DNA of 64,000 bases from contig BAAIJX010000025.1 in NCBI GenBank assembly GCA_054600435.1, forward strand, positions 248,001-312,000, in the 5' to 3' direction. The notes beneath the pieces were generated by a model. That model did not search any database and was not told where the DNA came from. It was given only the letters and a program-made list of their open reading frames with translations. Shown here one piece after another: positions 22,676-33,112 of this stretch (positions are counted from its first letter, which is position 1; each line of letters opens with the position of its first letter). The position numbers and the translations under genes were made by a program. The DNA is from Neophaeotheca triangularis. Lineage: Eukaryota.

Positions 22676-23833
22676 ATGCCAGGCAAAGTGATCATCAAAC
22701 CGTACGCACACGAGAACACTGTCGCCAGTATGCCACTTCACGATAACGATCGTCCACTAAAGCGTCGCAGGCTTTCATCAACCGAAACCATGAGCCGCGG
22801 CACAACACCTCCCGCACACCCTGACCTCACCCGCATCGTCGACGACGGCGACCTCGTTCTCGTCGTTCGCGGAGGGCCAGACGGGACCGCCTCAGACGTG
22901 GACGTGCCATTGCTAGTCTCCTCCAAGATCCTCAGCATGTCCTCCCCCTATATCAAGTCCCAAATCGCCCAAGGCCTCACCGTGCAAGCCGAAGGCGAAT
23001 ACGGCGAAGGACCGCAGCTCGTACTGGCATCCAACGACGAACAACCAACCATGTCCCTACTCTGCGACATCCTGCACCTCCAACACCACCGCCTGCCCAC
23101 CCGCTTGACGGCCAAAGCCCTCCACGATCTCGCCCTCATCGCCACAAAGTACCAATGCGTGCAAGCAGTCAGCCGCATCTGCTACGCCTGGTTCGACCGC
23201 CTCCACACCGGTGTCGAGCCGAATCCGGAACCCTTCCAGACCATGGAAGCCGCCTACCTCCTCGACGACGCGACCTCCTTCGCCCGCTTCACCGGCACTT
23301 CAGTCCTCACCCTGGCCCCTGACATCACGCCCCTGCACGCGGAACCCCTCGGACAGCGCATCGCGCTCGCGTGCCGCAAGCGCCGCACCCAATGCATCAA
23401 CGACTTGCGCGCGGACATCGACCTGCTGGCTGACGCTTGCACCTTCGCCCTCAGCGACGGCGCAAAACACTACATCAACACGCCCGTCGGGATGGAGCCC
23501 GAGGAGGGAGAGCCGGCGGACGAGTGCGAGGTCGACAAGGAAGGCGTGGATGTCTTCTTGACCGCGCTGCGGGAGCGAAAAGTCTGGCCTTCGACCCTGT
23601 GGCCGCAGACGGTGGGAGAGGTTGTGGAGAGAGTTAGGACGTTCCAGGTGCCGGAGTATGATGATAGCGATGGCTGCGAGTTTTGTGAGGGGATCAATCG
23701 CGTTTTTGCCATGCAGCTGGCTTTGGTGCAGCGGGTCCATACGACGAGACTGTGGGGGCTCTGTTTGGACTGTTTCAAGAGTGGCGAGGTTTTCCAAGGC
23801 CAGTGCAGGATTGAACATGCGAAAGCACATTGA
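22676..23833 (+). CDS. BTB/POZ-domain protein
   Basis: IVDDGDLVLVV..LLVSSKILSMSSPYIK..LLCDILH..LALIATKYQC..AAYLLDDATSF is typical of fungal BTB proteins. NLS-like KRRR; C-terminal CEFC and GLCLDC..C..H. Confidence 0.85.
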   Translation: MPGKVIIKPYAHENTVASMPLHDNDRPLKRRRLSSTETMSRGTTPPAHPDLTRIVDDGDLVLVVRGGPDGTASDVDVPLLVSSKILSMSSPYIKSQIAQGLTVQAEGEYGEGPQLVLASNDEQPTMSLLCDILHLQHHRLPTRLTAKALHDLALIATKYQCVQAVSRICYAWFDRLHTGVEPNPEPFQTMEAAYLLDDATSFARFTGTSVLTLAPDITPLHAEPLGQRIALACRKRRTQCINDLRADIDLLADACTFALSDGAKHYINTPVGMEPEEGEPADECEVDKEGVDVFLTALRERKVWPSTLWPQTVGEVVERVRTFQVPEYDDSDGCEFCEGINRVFAMQLALVQRVHTTRLWGLCLDCFKSGEVFQGQCRIEHAKAH

Positions 23834-24119
23834 GTCGAGGCGGAGATTGGAGGGACCGGGCGGTGCGAAAGCCACGAGATGCGAACGAGGTAAAGAAGGA
23901 AACGAAGCAAGACGACGAGCTTGGACGAAGAAGTATGGGTATACTACAGACCTGTCTTGAGCGCTTCGCAGCGTTGCGCACCTCACATTCACTTTCCCCA
24001 ATCAACCCAGTCACGTCGCTTCGGCACATTGAAAAACTTGCGGTAGACGCAGATTAAGCCTCCTGCATCATGCCACAATGAAGTTTCTTCAACCACAGTC
24101 CCCATACGTCATCTCACCC

Positions 24120-26324
24120 TCACCCGTCACTCCCGCTGCTCCTGAAAGCCGCACAAAGCGCCGCGTATTGGTGCGTGAGATCCAGTATATGCTGCGGCAG
24201 GCTCGTCGCTTGAATGATGCTCCGCACCTTGACGGCGCCCTCGTTCTCAATAAGCCTGCGAATCGAGTAGAGGAGATCGGGCGAGAACTGCTCATCGATT
24301 AGTGAAAACCCTCAGGGTGTTGCCGAGAAAAGCACAGGAAAAAAAAAGGGTCTCAGGGGCTACTCACTTCAGCATACCAACGGTACTGCCAAGCAATAAG
24401 CCTAATCAGCGCACCCAGCTGGTTCCTCATATCACTCCGCTTCTCGTACATCTTCAGGACGCCCTTCATCGCTTTCGGACTAAAGCGCATGCCCAGACAC
24501 ATTTGCCAGGCTTCGACGGCTTCCTCCGGGTGGTGCAGCCGCTCGGCCAAATCGCCCAGAATCTCCCACTCTTCCGCGTTCTTCTTGTAAGCCAGCTGTT
24601 GCTGCTTGTACTGCGCGGCTTCCGTCCTCCAGATGGTGTAGATGCGCAGGTCCTCGTAGAGCACCATGAAGAGGTTGTCGAGCCAGCGCTCGCACAGACG
24701 CTTGTGCTGGAATTGCGTATAGGTTTGGTGGGAGGGGTCGGCTGGAGGCTGCGGCTGAGGGGTTTCTGACCCCGAGCGCACGGTGATGGAATGGCCTGGC
24801 TTTTCGACATCGGGTTCTAATTGCGATGAGGCGGCGTCCGGCTCGCCGTCTGCTTGCTCGCTTGACTCGGCGGCGGAGGACTCGCCTGGTGCGGACTCTT
24901 CGGGCTCGCCGTGCCCGTTAGGTTGCGGGGTATCGGTGCTGCGTATTGCTGTCGTGCTCGCATTCCGACTGGGTCCACCTGTCACGGTCTGCTTCTCATG
25001 ACGGTACTCCTCTTCCATGACGAAGACTTGGCTCCTGATTTTCAACAGCTGGTCCCAGCCAATCTTTTTTGTGATTTCGGTGAGTAGCACGTAGGCTTTG
25101 TGGAATGTCCCTTTGTAGTTCTGAGCCGCCAGCCTTCTGAGAGTTGGGTGTACCATGTCGACGTCGGGGGCAGCGCCAGCATCGTCGATCTCGTCGCAGA
25201 GGGTCTCAGGCGCCAGTGGCAACGATATTCGTGCCGGCTCCGGTAGGCGAGGCGCATCCTTGTCCTGGTACGTGAACATGGGGCAGGAGTTCAGAGTAAG
25301 GAGGGCGAGCTCCCACTGCTCGGTGGAGACGTACAGCTCTGCCAAACGAGCCCAAGTCCCAAACTCGCTTGGAGCAGATACCACACCCCTTTTCGCGATT
25401 TCAATGGCCAAATCACTGCGCCCTTTCTTGCTGCAAAATTCGGCCTGGGTGTCCAAAAGAGAGTAGTCCATTGGCAATTCTTTGACGGCTTCGTGAAGGA
25501 GTTGGACGGCCTTGACTTCCTCGTCGCCAATCATGTACACACGGGCCAATAGCGAGGATACCTCGGGATCACGGGTCCTCAGTTTCTCAAATAAATTGAT
25601 GCCCGATGCGTAACGTCCGGTCGTTTTGATGTAGTTGAGCAAACCAGACGTAAGGTGGTTCGACACCAAATTCGGCACCTGTATCTCTGGATCCGAACCG
25701 AGCTGCCAGCCTGCGCCATGTTAGTAAGGCCCAGACTAGGTAATACTCGACCATTTACCTACCGCCGAAGAAAAGCCTCTCCGCCGCATCCAGAAACCTG
25801 TGTTCTGCCTCTGTGCTCGTAATGGGGTTGAATCTTCGAACTCCAATTATCTTCTTGATTGTGTCCCCAGATCCATCGTCGGCATACGAGTAGGCTCTTA
25901 GAACGCTACAAAGGTACGTCTCGAGCCAATGTTCCTCAGTTGCTTCCATCTTGTTCCCACGCTCGTCAACGCAATAGCTCTCGACGGTACCGGGGATAGT
26001 GACCTGCACGCGCATGTCGACGCGCGAGAAGGCATTGTAGCAGCAATAGAGGCCTGACGTGACCTTGTTTTGCTTGTCGGCGGGGGAGTAGACTAGAGTG
26101 TTGATGTAGGCGGCGAGACTGGCCGAGGAGGAGGCATCGTTGCCCGTGACATGGTGATAGACAGCAAACTGCTTCGAGGCCGAAGTAGACTTTGCGGGTT
26201 GCTTGGTGAGGTGGACGAGATCGGGGGGGCCCAGTTCTCGCAGCGACTGCAGACTGTCTGTCCGGATGGCCAACACTTGATGCGCATCGTCCTCGAACAG
26301 CTCGGGAACAGCTGTGTGTACCAT
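24120..26324 (-). CDS. BUD7: Exomer cargo adaptor, ChAPs family (Bud7/Bch1/Chs6-like). Exons 26324-25763, 25710-24368, 24287-24120
   Basis: LGPPDLVHL, YHHVTG.DASSSASLAAY, CCYNAFSRVDMRV, LLTLNSCPMF, KRLCERWLDNLFMVLYEDLR, EWEILG. Introns 25762-25711 and 24367-24288; the last exon FSPDLLYSIRRLIENEGAVKVRSII..SSGSDG* is absent from the ORF track. Confidence 0.93.
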
Positions 26325-26671
26325 TGCTTTGTCGTGACCAGAGTACTAACTAACTAGTAGCTCTCACGCCGTTACGTTGCTCTACCTCTTTTTCCGGTGT
26401 AGATTGAATGTGCTGTGCTGTGCTGTCCTGTCCTTTCAGATGAGAGATGGGCAATGGTACCCGGCGACTGCTGAGGGGGTTTTTTTCTCGAGGGAGAGAG
26501 ATTTGTGTGAAAGGGTAACAAGATAACAATCAAGTCAATGGCATGCTGCAACGTTACAAGCAAGCAGCTGGGGTACCTCCTAACATAGTACTAGTCCGGG
26601 TACCTGAGGTAAGTTACTCGTGAGTCGTGTCTCACCTCACCAATACTGGCCAAGTTGCTGGGCTATCCCTT

Positions 26672-26732
26672 CAGCCACAGCAACAGCGACAGCCACAGCA
26701 ACAGCCACAGCAACAGCCACAGCAACAGCCAC
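26672..26732. repeat. 12-bp tandem repeat (CAGCCACAGCAA)x~4-5, imperfect
   Basis: Read directly, in the BUD7/HIR3 divergent region. No upstream ATG puts it in the HIR3 frame. Confidence 0.85.
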
Positions 26733-26983
26733 CAAGAGCAACACCCGCCAAGCCTAGCGCGACCACGACAACCCCTGCATCCACTATCGACGTGACCTCT
26801 ACGCGACTTCACCTCCTTCTACGACGCGACGGTCAAGGCGAGAGTATACTTTCTATACCTAGTACCATCTACCTTACAAACCACACCTCCCCAAACTGAA
26901 CTTGCCACATCACTGGGAAACCACAGCCCACCATGCTGAACGGCCTCTGAGACCTTTCTTTACGAACTTCAATCACTCCCACC

Positions 26984-29900
26984 ATGCCGGCCTTCAAGGC
27001 GCTCAATATAGAATCCGACGATGAGTCCGACGTTGAGGTTGATGACACCAAGGAGCTTCAGACCGAAGAGGCGCTGAAGCTGTATCAAATCGCCCTGAAA
27101 TACCATGCCCAAGGACCCGCATCATTCCCCAAAGCTGGCGAGGCATACGAGCAATTGTTCCAATCCGAGATTTTCAAGTACCCCGAGTCGCAGACAGAGT
27201 TGAGGCGCATTGAGCTGTTTGGACCACTGCCGGAGACTTTCCAGATCGTCGAGGATGCCAACGTTAACCTCAAAGACAGTGCTGCTGCTCACGCCGAGTC
27301 AGGCCCCAGCACTCTGCCGCACATCCTCCATCTCTCGCATAAAAACTACGCACAGTTCAAGCTGGACAATCTAGCTGCGAATATTGATCGTCTAGACGTG
27401 CAGTTGAGGCAAATCATCTCGGATGCCACTGATGCCCTGGATCACTTCGTACAGGCTCTAGACAAAGATGACACCGACCTGGATCTCTGGAGGCGGACTG
27501 GCATCGTTGGTAATATGCTTCACAGCGGCCGCGTGGCACGCTTTTGTCTTGAAGCTGTCTTGGATGGCGATGACGAGGGGATCGGCAATGCGCTCAGCTT
27601 GCCAGGGCTGGAAGAGGGCCTAGCTGGCCAGCAGCTGCGCGAGCTTGTGGTCCACTTTAGCGACCGTCTCTCATTTCTGCAAGCGCCGCTTTCTACGACA
27701 AAACGCAGGATTTTATCCAAATTCCTCAAGCAGCGTCTTGGGCCATATGACGATATTCTGCAACGCGAGCAATCTCTCGAGACACAACAGGGACCACCTG
27801 GGCTTCAACACCCCGAGCGTACGATACTCAAAGCACCGCGCACTTGGACGGATCTTGGGGATGCCATTTTGCGTCAATATGCCGTAGAACAAAATGGCTC
27901 CAAGCCAGAAGCGCCAAATAATGCGATAGCTTTTGAGCACAGCCAAGACACCTCCTCTGTTGCCGCAGCCAAGTTGAGAAAGCAATCCACGACCGAAGGA
28001 CCCCGTCGGACGTTTGAGTTGCCCAAAGATATCGAGGCGCAGTTCCCTGGCCTCGATGGGGGACGACCAACGGTTGTGCTGCCAAATGAGCCGGAGTCTC
28101 AGGCCATCACCAAAGAAGATGTTACCATGAATGACGCCTCATGCGCAAGCTTACCAACGCGTAAACGCTCTGGAGAGGCAGCTGGCATACAAGAGACCAC
28201 TGAGGAAGGACGATCAAAGAGCAGGCGCATACGCGCGCGAGACTCGACCCTCGAAGCGTGGGACAATCGGCAGAGTCTCATTGATATCAATACTCAATGG
28301 GAGTATGATCAACAACTGAACGAAGTCCAGGCGGTGGATGACTGGGTATACGAGACTGCTGGCTCGCTGTTCGAGAGGATTGGCGTCGTCGGGTTCCAGC
28401 AGGGTAAAAGCGTTCGCCAAGAGCTGGATGGCAGCAATGGCAATGGGCATGATGATGGCACTCAAGGAGCTACTGTAGAGTCGGGCCATGGATTGCTTCG
28501 AGCTAAACGAGATTTGCACGCCTTTCTCGAGCAGTACACTGATCACCTTGGCCGGCAACTGCTTGTGGGAGGTGTCAACTTCGAGCTGGACCAACAACCA
28601 AGACAAACAGGAGCCAACGTGGGGCCTGAAAGTGTGACTTCAAAGGGTGTTTCCTCACGCGCGGGCTTCCCCGAGACTGGCCTGGCCAATCTCACTCACA
28701 TGATCAACGATGGATGGTACCAAACTCAGGACATAGCATGTGCCTATTTGAGTGCGCTACTCCGGCCCAACGCATTCTTCGGCCATCGCAGCAGCTACCG
28801 TGACTATCAATGGCCGGAATCACTCAAGACCATGGTGGTGCGAGTATTGGTCACTTTTGACGAGGCAATCTACCGCACAAAGGCTCATGCGCTGGAGCTC
28901 GAGGTCAAGGAGCCCCGGCCTCCCACGTCGGATGACCTCGCCGAAGAGGTTGAGACTGTATTCGAGCTACATCTGGACGTGTACTACCTTATCAAACAGG
29001 CAAACAGTGGTGTGGACCCTGACACGATTGCTACACAGGGTGAACGACTGCAGCGCTGGGCCAGCCTTGCACAATACGCAGTGCGCCACCGTCATCTGAA
29101 GGACAACGCGGAAGACGCGCTGCGTGTACAAGACGAGCTTGTCTTACGCTTTCTCTGGGCGACATCTTTCCACGTCGGCACGGATGCGGAGGTGGCACAG
29201 GATCACTTCTTGAAGTGCCTCGAAGATCTCCGCGCTCTTTTCGTCGAAGTAGGGGAGCCGACAATCGAATTGCAAAACAACGCAGTCATGCCAGTCCTTG
29301 CAGTAGCTACTCTGGACCAGGAGAGTTCACGTTTGACCACAAAGGACTTTTTCTTGAAGGTTACGGACCAAGATCCTAAGGATCCAGTTGCCATGATTGA
29401 AAGCTTGCAACCTTTGCTTGAAACCTTGGACGCAACAGAAAGGGAGGACGGCCCGGACGCTGACCACATGCTCGTTGACTCTTCAGTATCGTCTGAGCTC
29501 GTGCGTTTCATTCGAAGTAGCAGTGTTACTGTTCGACTGCTACTGTGGCAGAGATTAAGGGACGCCTACACTGCGATTGATTACAAACCGATGGTGGTGC
29601 TCTGCTACTTCAGCATGATCAAAGTGCTACTCGCAGAAATTCAGTCACCGTCGTTCTACAACTCATCCCGGTACGACAGGCAAGTTTCTGTGTTGAATAC
29701 CATTAACACTGTAAAGGACATGGTCAGCCAGGTGCTGAAAATTGTCAACGCCGAAGGAGATGCGCTCGACTGCATGGACATTGATAACCTGAGATCGTCA
29801 ATCGCTTCTCTTGGCCTGATACTGCAACTCACTCAGGTCTTCAACATCTACGAAGATTCATTGCGGATCGGAAAGACGCAACCACCATCAGGTAGCAATG

Positions 29901-32686
29901 GGTCACCCTTGCCATCATTCTCCACCGTTATGCGAACGGTGCACGAATCACAGGTGCAGACATGGATGATTCTCTACGCTCTGCTCAAGGAAGCTATGGC
30001 TCAAGAGCAGGAGCAGTTCTCAACACCAAACGAAGATCGCTTTGACTTCTTGCGCTCTTTACACCGCAACCTGGGCATCCGCGGAATCTGCGGCGCTTTG
30101 AACCTGACCTTTGTCCGGATGCTGTGGACGGAGTTCATGCAGCTTACTGATGTCGATGGCTGTGAGAGCGAACAGGCTCAAGTGTTTTACGATCTCTTTG
30201 GGCTGAGCTGTTTTCTCAATCCCTCGTACGAGCTCATCGAGCATCGATGCGAGCACACTCCCTTGAACCGATCCATATGCTTCGACAGCGTCGATCTTTT
30301 GCTTTCTCAAGCGTCGAAAATACCAATCAAGGAACTGATCAAGCACCCTCTGAAAGAGGCAATTGACCAGGTGCATGGCATGATTGTCCGCAAGAGGCCT
30401 ACAGATGCTATCATGCGGAATCGTGATATTTACCGCACATTCATGCGGTCTCCTATCAACCCACTGGACCTATATCAATGTCTCAAGGGCGAAGGAAATC
30501 AACTGCCTGTGTCGCCTATACCAGTGCAAGATTCGTGGTTGGCATCAAAAGGCTGGTACTTCCTCATGGGTCACATGAACCTTGCAAAGTTCCGTTCACA
30601 AAAGCGCACTGGTCCCACCCCTACAGAAGACATTGACATTGCCATTGCTTTCTTCAATCAGGAGCTCGAGTTCAGTATGGGCAACTGGGAAACATGGTTT
30701 CGTTTAGCCCAGGCATACGATACCAAGATCGAGGAAAGCGTCGTTTGGTCAGCTGAGAAGCTCAATAACAACATGTCCGAGGTCGTCCAGCTGCAACGTG
30801 CTGCAATACATTGCTACACAATGGCCACTGCCCAGGTGAACCGTTTCGGGGATGTATCGCTTCAGACCGCGGAGAAAATGAACGAACTGTACGTCGATTT
30901 TGCCATTCGACTGTACAGCACATCGCGAGAGCCGTTCAAGATGCTACCATTCAGCCTCGAAGACTCTGTCAAATTTTTCAGCTTGGCGCATTCCACGAAG
31001 CAGGCGAAACCCTTCGAGCCACTGAGGCTCTACACCGCGTGGAAACTTGTGCGGACATTGTGCAAAAGGGCCCTCCCTGGGCGACCTCAGTCATGGAGCT
31101 TGCGGTTGTTGCTCGGCAAATGTCTCTGGAAGATGCACGATGCGCCAGATGCCGTTCGCATGCCGGATAGAAATGCACCTCCTACCCCACAGGAGGTCAT
31201 CGCTTGCTTCGTAAAGGCTATCGAACTGCTGCCCGACAAGAGGGATACCAGGGATACAAAACGTGAGCCGGTTCTGGAACCGCACTACAAGCTTGTAAGC
31301 ATTGTACATAAGATGGTCACACGTGGGAGAATAGGTCTGGAGGAGGCCAGCGACGCGCTACAGAAAACTCCGTATGCTCGGAATGTCAAATTTGCGCAAG
31401 ACGGCGACAGCGATTGGGCTCGATATGTCCTTGCAGTCCTGAAGAACCTGCGCACTGCTGACAAGTCGAACTGGCACCATCGCATGATTGTGCGTGCCGC
31501 ACACATTCGGTACGCGCAGGAGGTCACCGATAATCCTGATGGAGACACAGGCGCTTCGGGTGCCAAGCAGGAGCTCACCCAGCAAATGTTCACCAAGACA
31601 ATGGTTCTACAAGTCTGGCGACCGGAAGGCGAACGGGCCGGCCGGCATTTCGTCTACACTGCGCGCTACACCCGCTTCTTCGTTCAGATTCTCGAGAAGT
31701 TGCGGGATCGCACTAATCTCGAGCAACTGGCTCGAAGGGTACGCCGCAGGCCGAACGAGATCTTTGAACATGGCAGCGTCTGGCAAGACATCGTCGCCAC
31801 CTACCTCCGTCTTCTACGCAGTTACGCCGCCGTTCCTGAGGGTGCAGAGACGTCAGCATTCAGTAGCATCGCGTATGACGAGTTTCTGGCCCGCAAAGAG
31901 CCGCTGGAGAGGTGGATGCAAGCCACAGAGACTGGAAGCTACGCAGCCCTGGACGTTCTCAGGGAGGTCAACGAGCTTAAGAAAATCAATGGCAACCTGG
32001 TAAAGCCAGGCCCGATTGACGATCTAATCGGCGACTCGTACGCGATGCTCTACACAAGCATGAGTGACTCGCTCTATGACGAAGAGCGCGCCCGACAGCC
32101 CCTACCCCAGCCTAGTCCCCCTCGAAACAACACCATGACCTTGAGCAGCGTCATGAACACTGACGGCGCAGGCGAAGCCCCGCCCCCACCACCCCCACCA
32201 CCCCAGGCAGAGCAGCCCGCAGCCCGCAAGAAACTAGGCGTAGGCCGCCGCGAGATCCGCTCCACAGCAGAAGCTTCTGCACAGCGAGCCGCAGCCTCCT
32301 CCAATGCTCCCAAACCCCATCAGAACGTGCGGGTGCAAGTCGTCATCAACAACAGCCGGTCTAGCCTCTCAGGCGACGCCGTTCCCGCCGACACAAGCGC
32401 TCCCGGCAGTCTCCACGACGACGCCGACGACGAGAGCGAACTCAGCGAGCTGGAGGAGGAGGGCGAGGACGCCGAGATGGTGGATGCCAGGGAGGAAGAG
32501 GAGGAGGCTGAGGGAAAGAGGCCCATGTTTCCCAACTTGGCGGGCGAGAGTGAGTCTCCGGCGAGTTTTGAGACGGCGGATGAGGCTGCGCCGGATGCAG
32601 GTGCACAAGGCGGCGATGCGAGGGAGCAGAAGGCCGAGGGGCTGGGCAGGTCGCCGCTGAGAGAGGTACAGGATAGTCAGGAGTAG
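26984..32686 (+). CDS. HIR3: Histone transcription regulator 3 (HIR complex, CABIN1-like)
   Basis: 1900-aa ORF; F.ALNIESDDE..VDDTKELQ.EEALKLYQ.ALK.H, DD.DLDLWRR, ETWFRLAQAYD, EPHYKLVS, DKSNWHHRMI.RAA, VWRPE.ERAGRHFVYT. Confidence 0.95.
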   Translation: MPAFKALNIESDDESDVEVDDTKELQTEEALKLYQIALKYHAQGPASFPKAGEAYEQLFQSEIFKYPESQTELRRIELFGPLPETFQIVEDANVNLKDSAAAHAESGPSTLPHILHLSHKNYAQFKLDNLAANIDRLDVQLRQIISDATDALDHFVQALDKDDTDLDLWRRTGIVGNMLHSGRVARFCLEAVLDGDDEGIGNALSLPGLEEGLAGQQLRELVVHFSDRLSFLQAPLSTTKRRILSKFLKQRLGPYDDILQREQSLETQQGPPGLQHPERTILKAPRTWTDLGDAILRQYAVEQNGSKPEAPNNAIAFEHSQDTSSVAAAKLRKQSTTEGPRRTFELPKDIEAQFPGLDGGRPTVVLPNEPESQAITKEDVTMNDASCASLPTRKRSGEAAGIQETTEEGRSKSRRIRARDSTLEAWDNRQSLIDINTQWEYDQQLNEVQAVDDWVYETAGSLFERIGVVGFQQGKSVRQELDGSNGNGHDDGTQGATVESGHGLLRAKRDLHAFLEQYTDHLGRQLLVGGVNFELDQQPRQTGANVGPESVTSKGVSSRAGFPETGLANLTHMINDGWYQTQDIACAYLSALLRPNAFFGHRSSYRDYQWPESLKTMVVRVLVTFDEAIYRTKAHALELEVKEPRPPTSDDLAEEVETVFELHLDVYYLIKQANSGVDPDTIATQGERLQRWASLAQYAVRHRHLKDNAEDALRVQDELVLRFLWATSFHVGTDAEVAQDHFLKCLEDLRALFVEVGEPTIELQNNAVMPVLAVATLDQESSRLTTKDFFLKVTDQDPKDPVAMIESLQPLLETLDATEREDGPDADHMLVDSSVSSELVRFIRSSSVTVRLLLWQRLRDAYTAIDYKPMVVLCYFSMIKVLLAEIQSPSFYNSSRYDRQVSVLNTINTVKDMVSQVLKIVNAEGDALDCMDIDNLRSSIASLGLILQLTQVFNIYEDSLRIGKTQPPSGSNGSPLPSFSTVMRTVHESQVQTWMILYALLKEAMAQEQEQFSTPNEDRFDFLRSLHRNLGIRGICGALNLTFVRMLWTEFMQLTDVDGCESEQAQVFYDLFGLSCFLNPSYELIEHRCEHTPLNRSICFDSVDLLLSQASKIPIKELIKHPLKEAIDQVHGMIVRKRPTDAIMRNRDIYRTFMRSPINPLDLYQCLKGEGNQLPVSPIPVQDSWLASKGWYFLMGHMNLAKFRSQKRTGPTPTEDIDIAIAFFNQELEFSMGNWETWFRLAQAYDTKIEESVVWSAEKLNNNMSEVVQLQRAAIHCYTMATAQVNRFGDVSLQTAEKMNELYVDFAIRLYSTSREPFKMLPFSLEDSVKFFSLAHSTKQAKPFEPLRLYTAWKLVRTLCKRALPGRPQSWSLRLLLGKCLWKMHDAPDAVRMPDRNAPPTPQEVIACFVKAIELLPDKRDTRDTKREPVLEPHYKLVSIVHKMVTRGRIGLEEASDALQKTPYARNVKFAQDGDSDWARYVLAVLKNLRTADKSNWHHRMIVRAAHIRYAQEVTDNPDGDTGASGAKQELTQQMFTKTMVLQVWRPEGERAGRHFVYTARYTRFFVQILEKLRDRTNLEQLARRVRRRPNEIFEHGSVWQDIVATYLRLLRSYAAVPEGAETSAFSSIAYDEFLARKEPLERWMQATETGSYAALDVLREVNELKKINGNLVKPGPIDDLIGDSYAMLYTSMSDSLYDEERARQPLPQPSPPRNNTMTLSSVMNTDGAGEAPPPPPPPPQAEQPAARKKLGVGRREIRSTAEASAQRAAASSNAPKPHQNVRVQVVINNSRSSLSGDAVPADTSAPGSLHDDADDESELSELEEEGEDAEMVDAREEEEEAEGKRPMFPNLAGESESPASFETADEAAPDAGAQGGDAREQKAEGLGRSPLREVQDSQE

Positions 32687-33112
32687 GTGAGGCGGGAGCA
32701 TTGTTGTAAAGGGGGAGAGGAAGGCTCTGTATCCATTGCACCTTCCTCAAGTGCTCTATGAGGTGCTCCATACCTTAGCATTGGCTGTATATGAACGTTT
32801 ACGGCGGCCTTGCCTGACCCTGGTGAGGTAATACAAACGTTCGTCTGTGTTTCGATTGGGAGGACCGAGAAATGTCCTACAATAACAGTTCCAAGCTTCA
32901 CTTCGTTAGAGTTGCACGCACTGGTAACCTCTTCTTTCCCGCTGGGAAATTTCCAGGATTGGACCCGATTTCACTTGATATTGACCGCGAGGATTTTCAA
33001 ACTCAATTTCTACCCCAGTCCCAACGCCAGCTCCAAACTCAGAATACGAGATCGTAACCAAAGCCCGGTCCACACAAAGGGGAAACAAAAAGGAAATCGC
33101 AAGGGTATCATT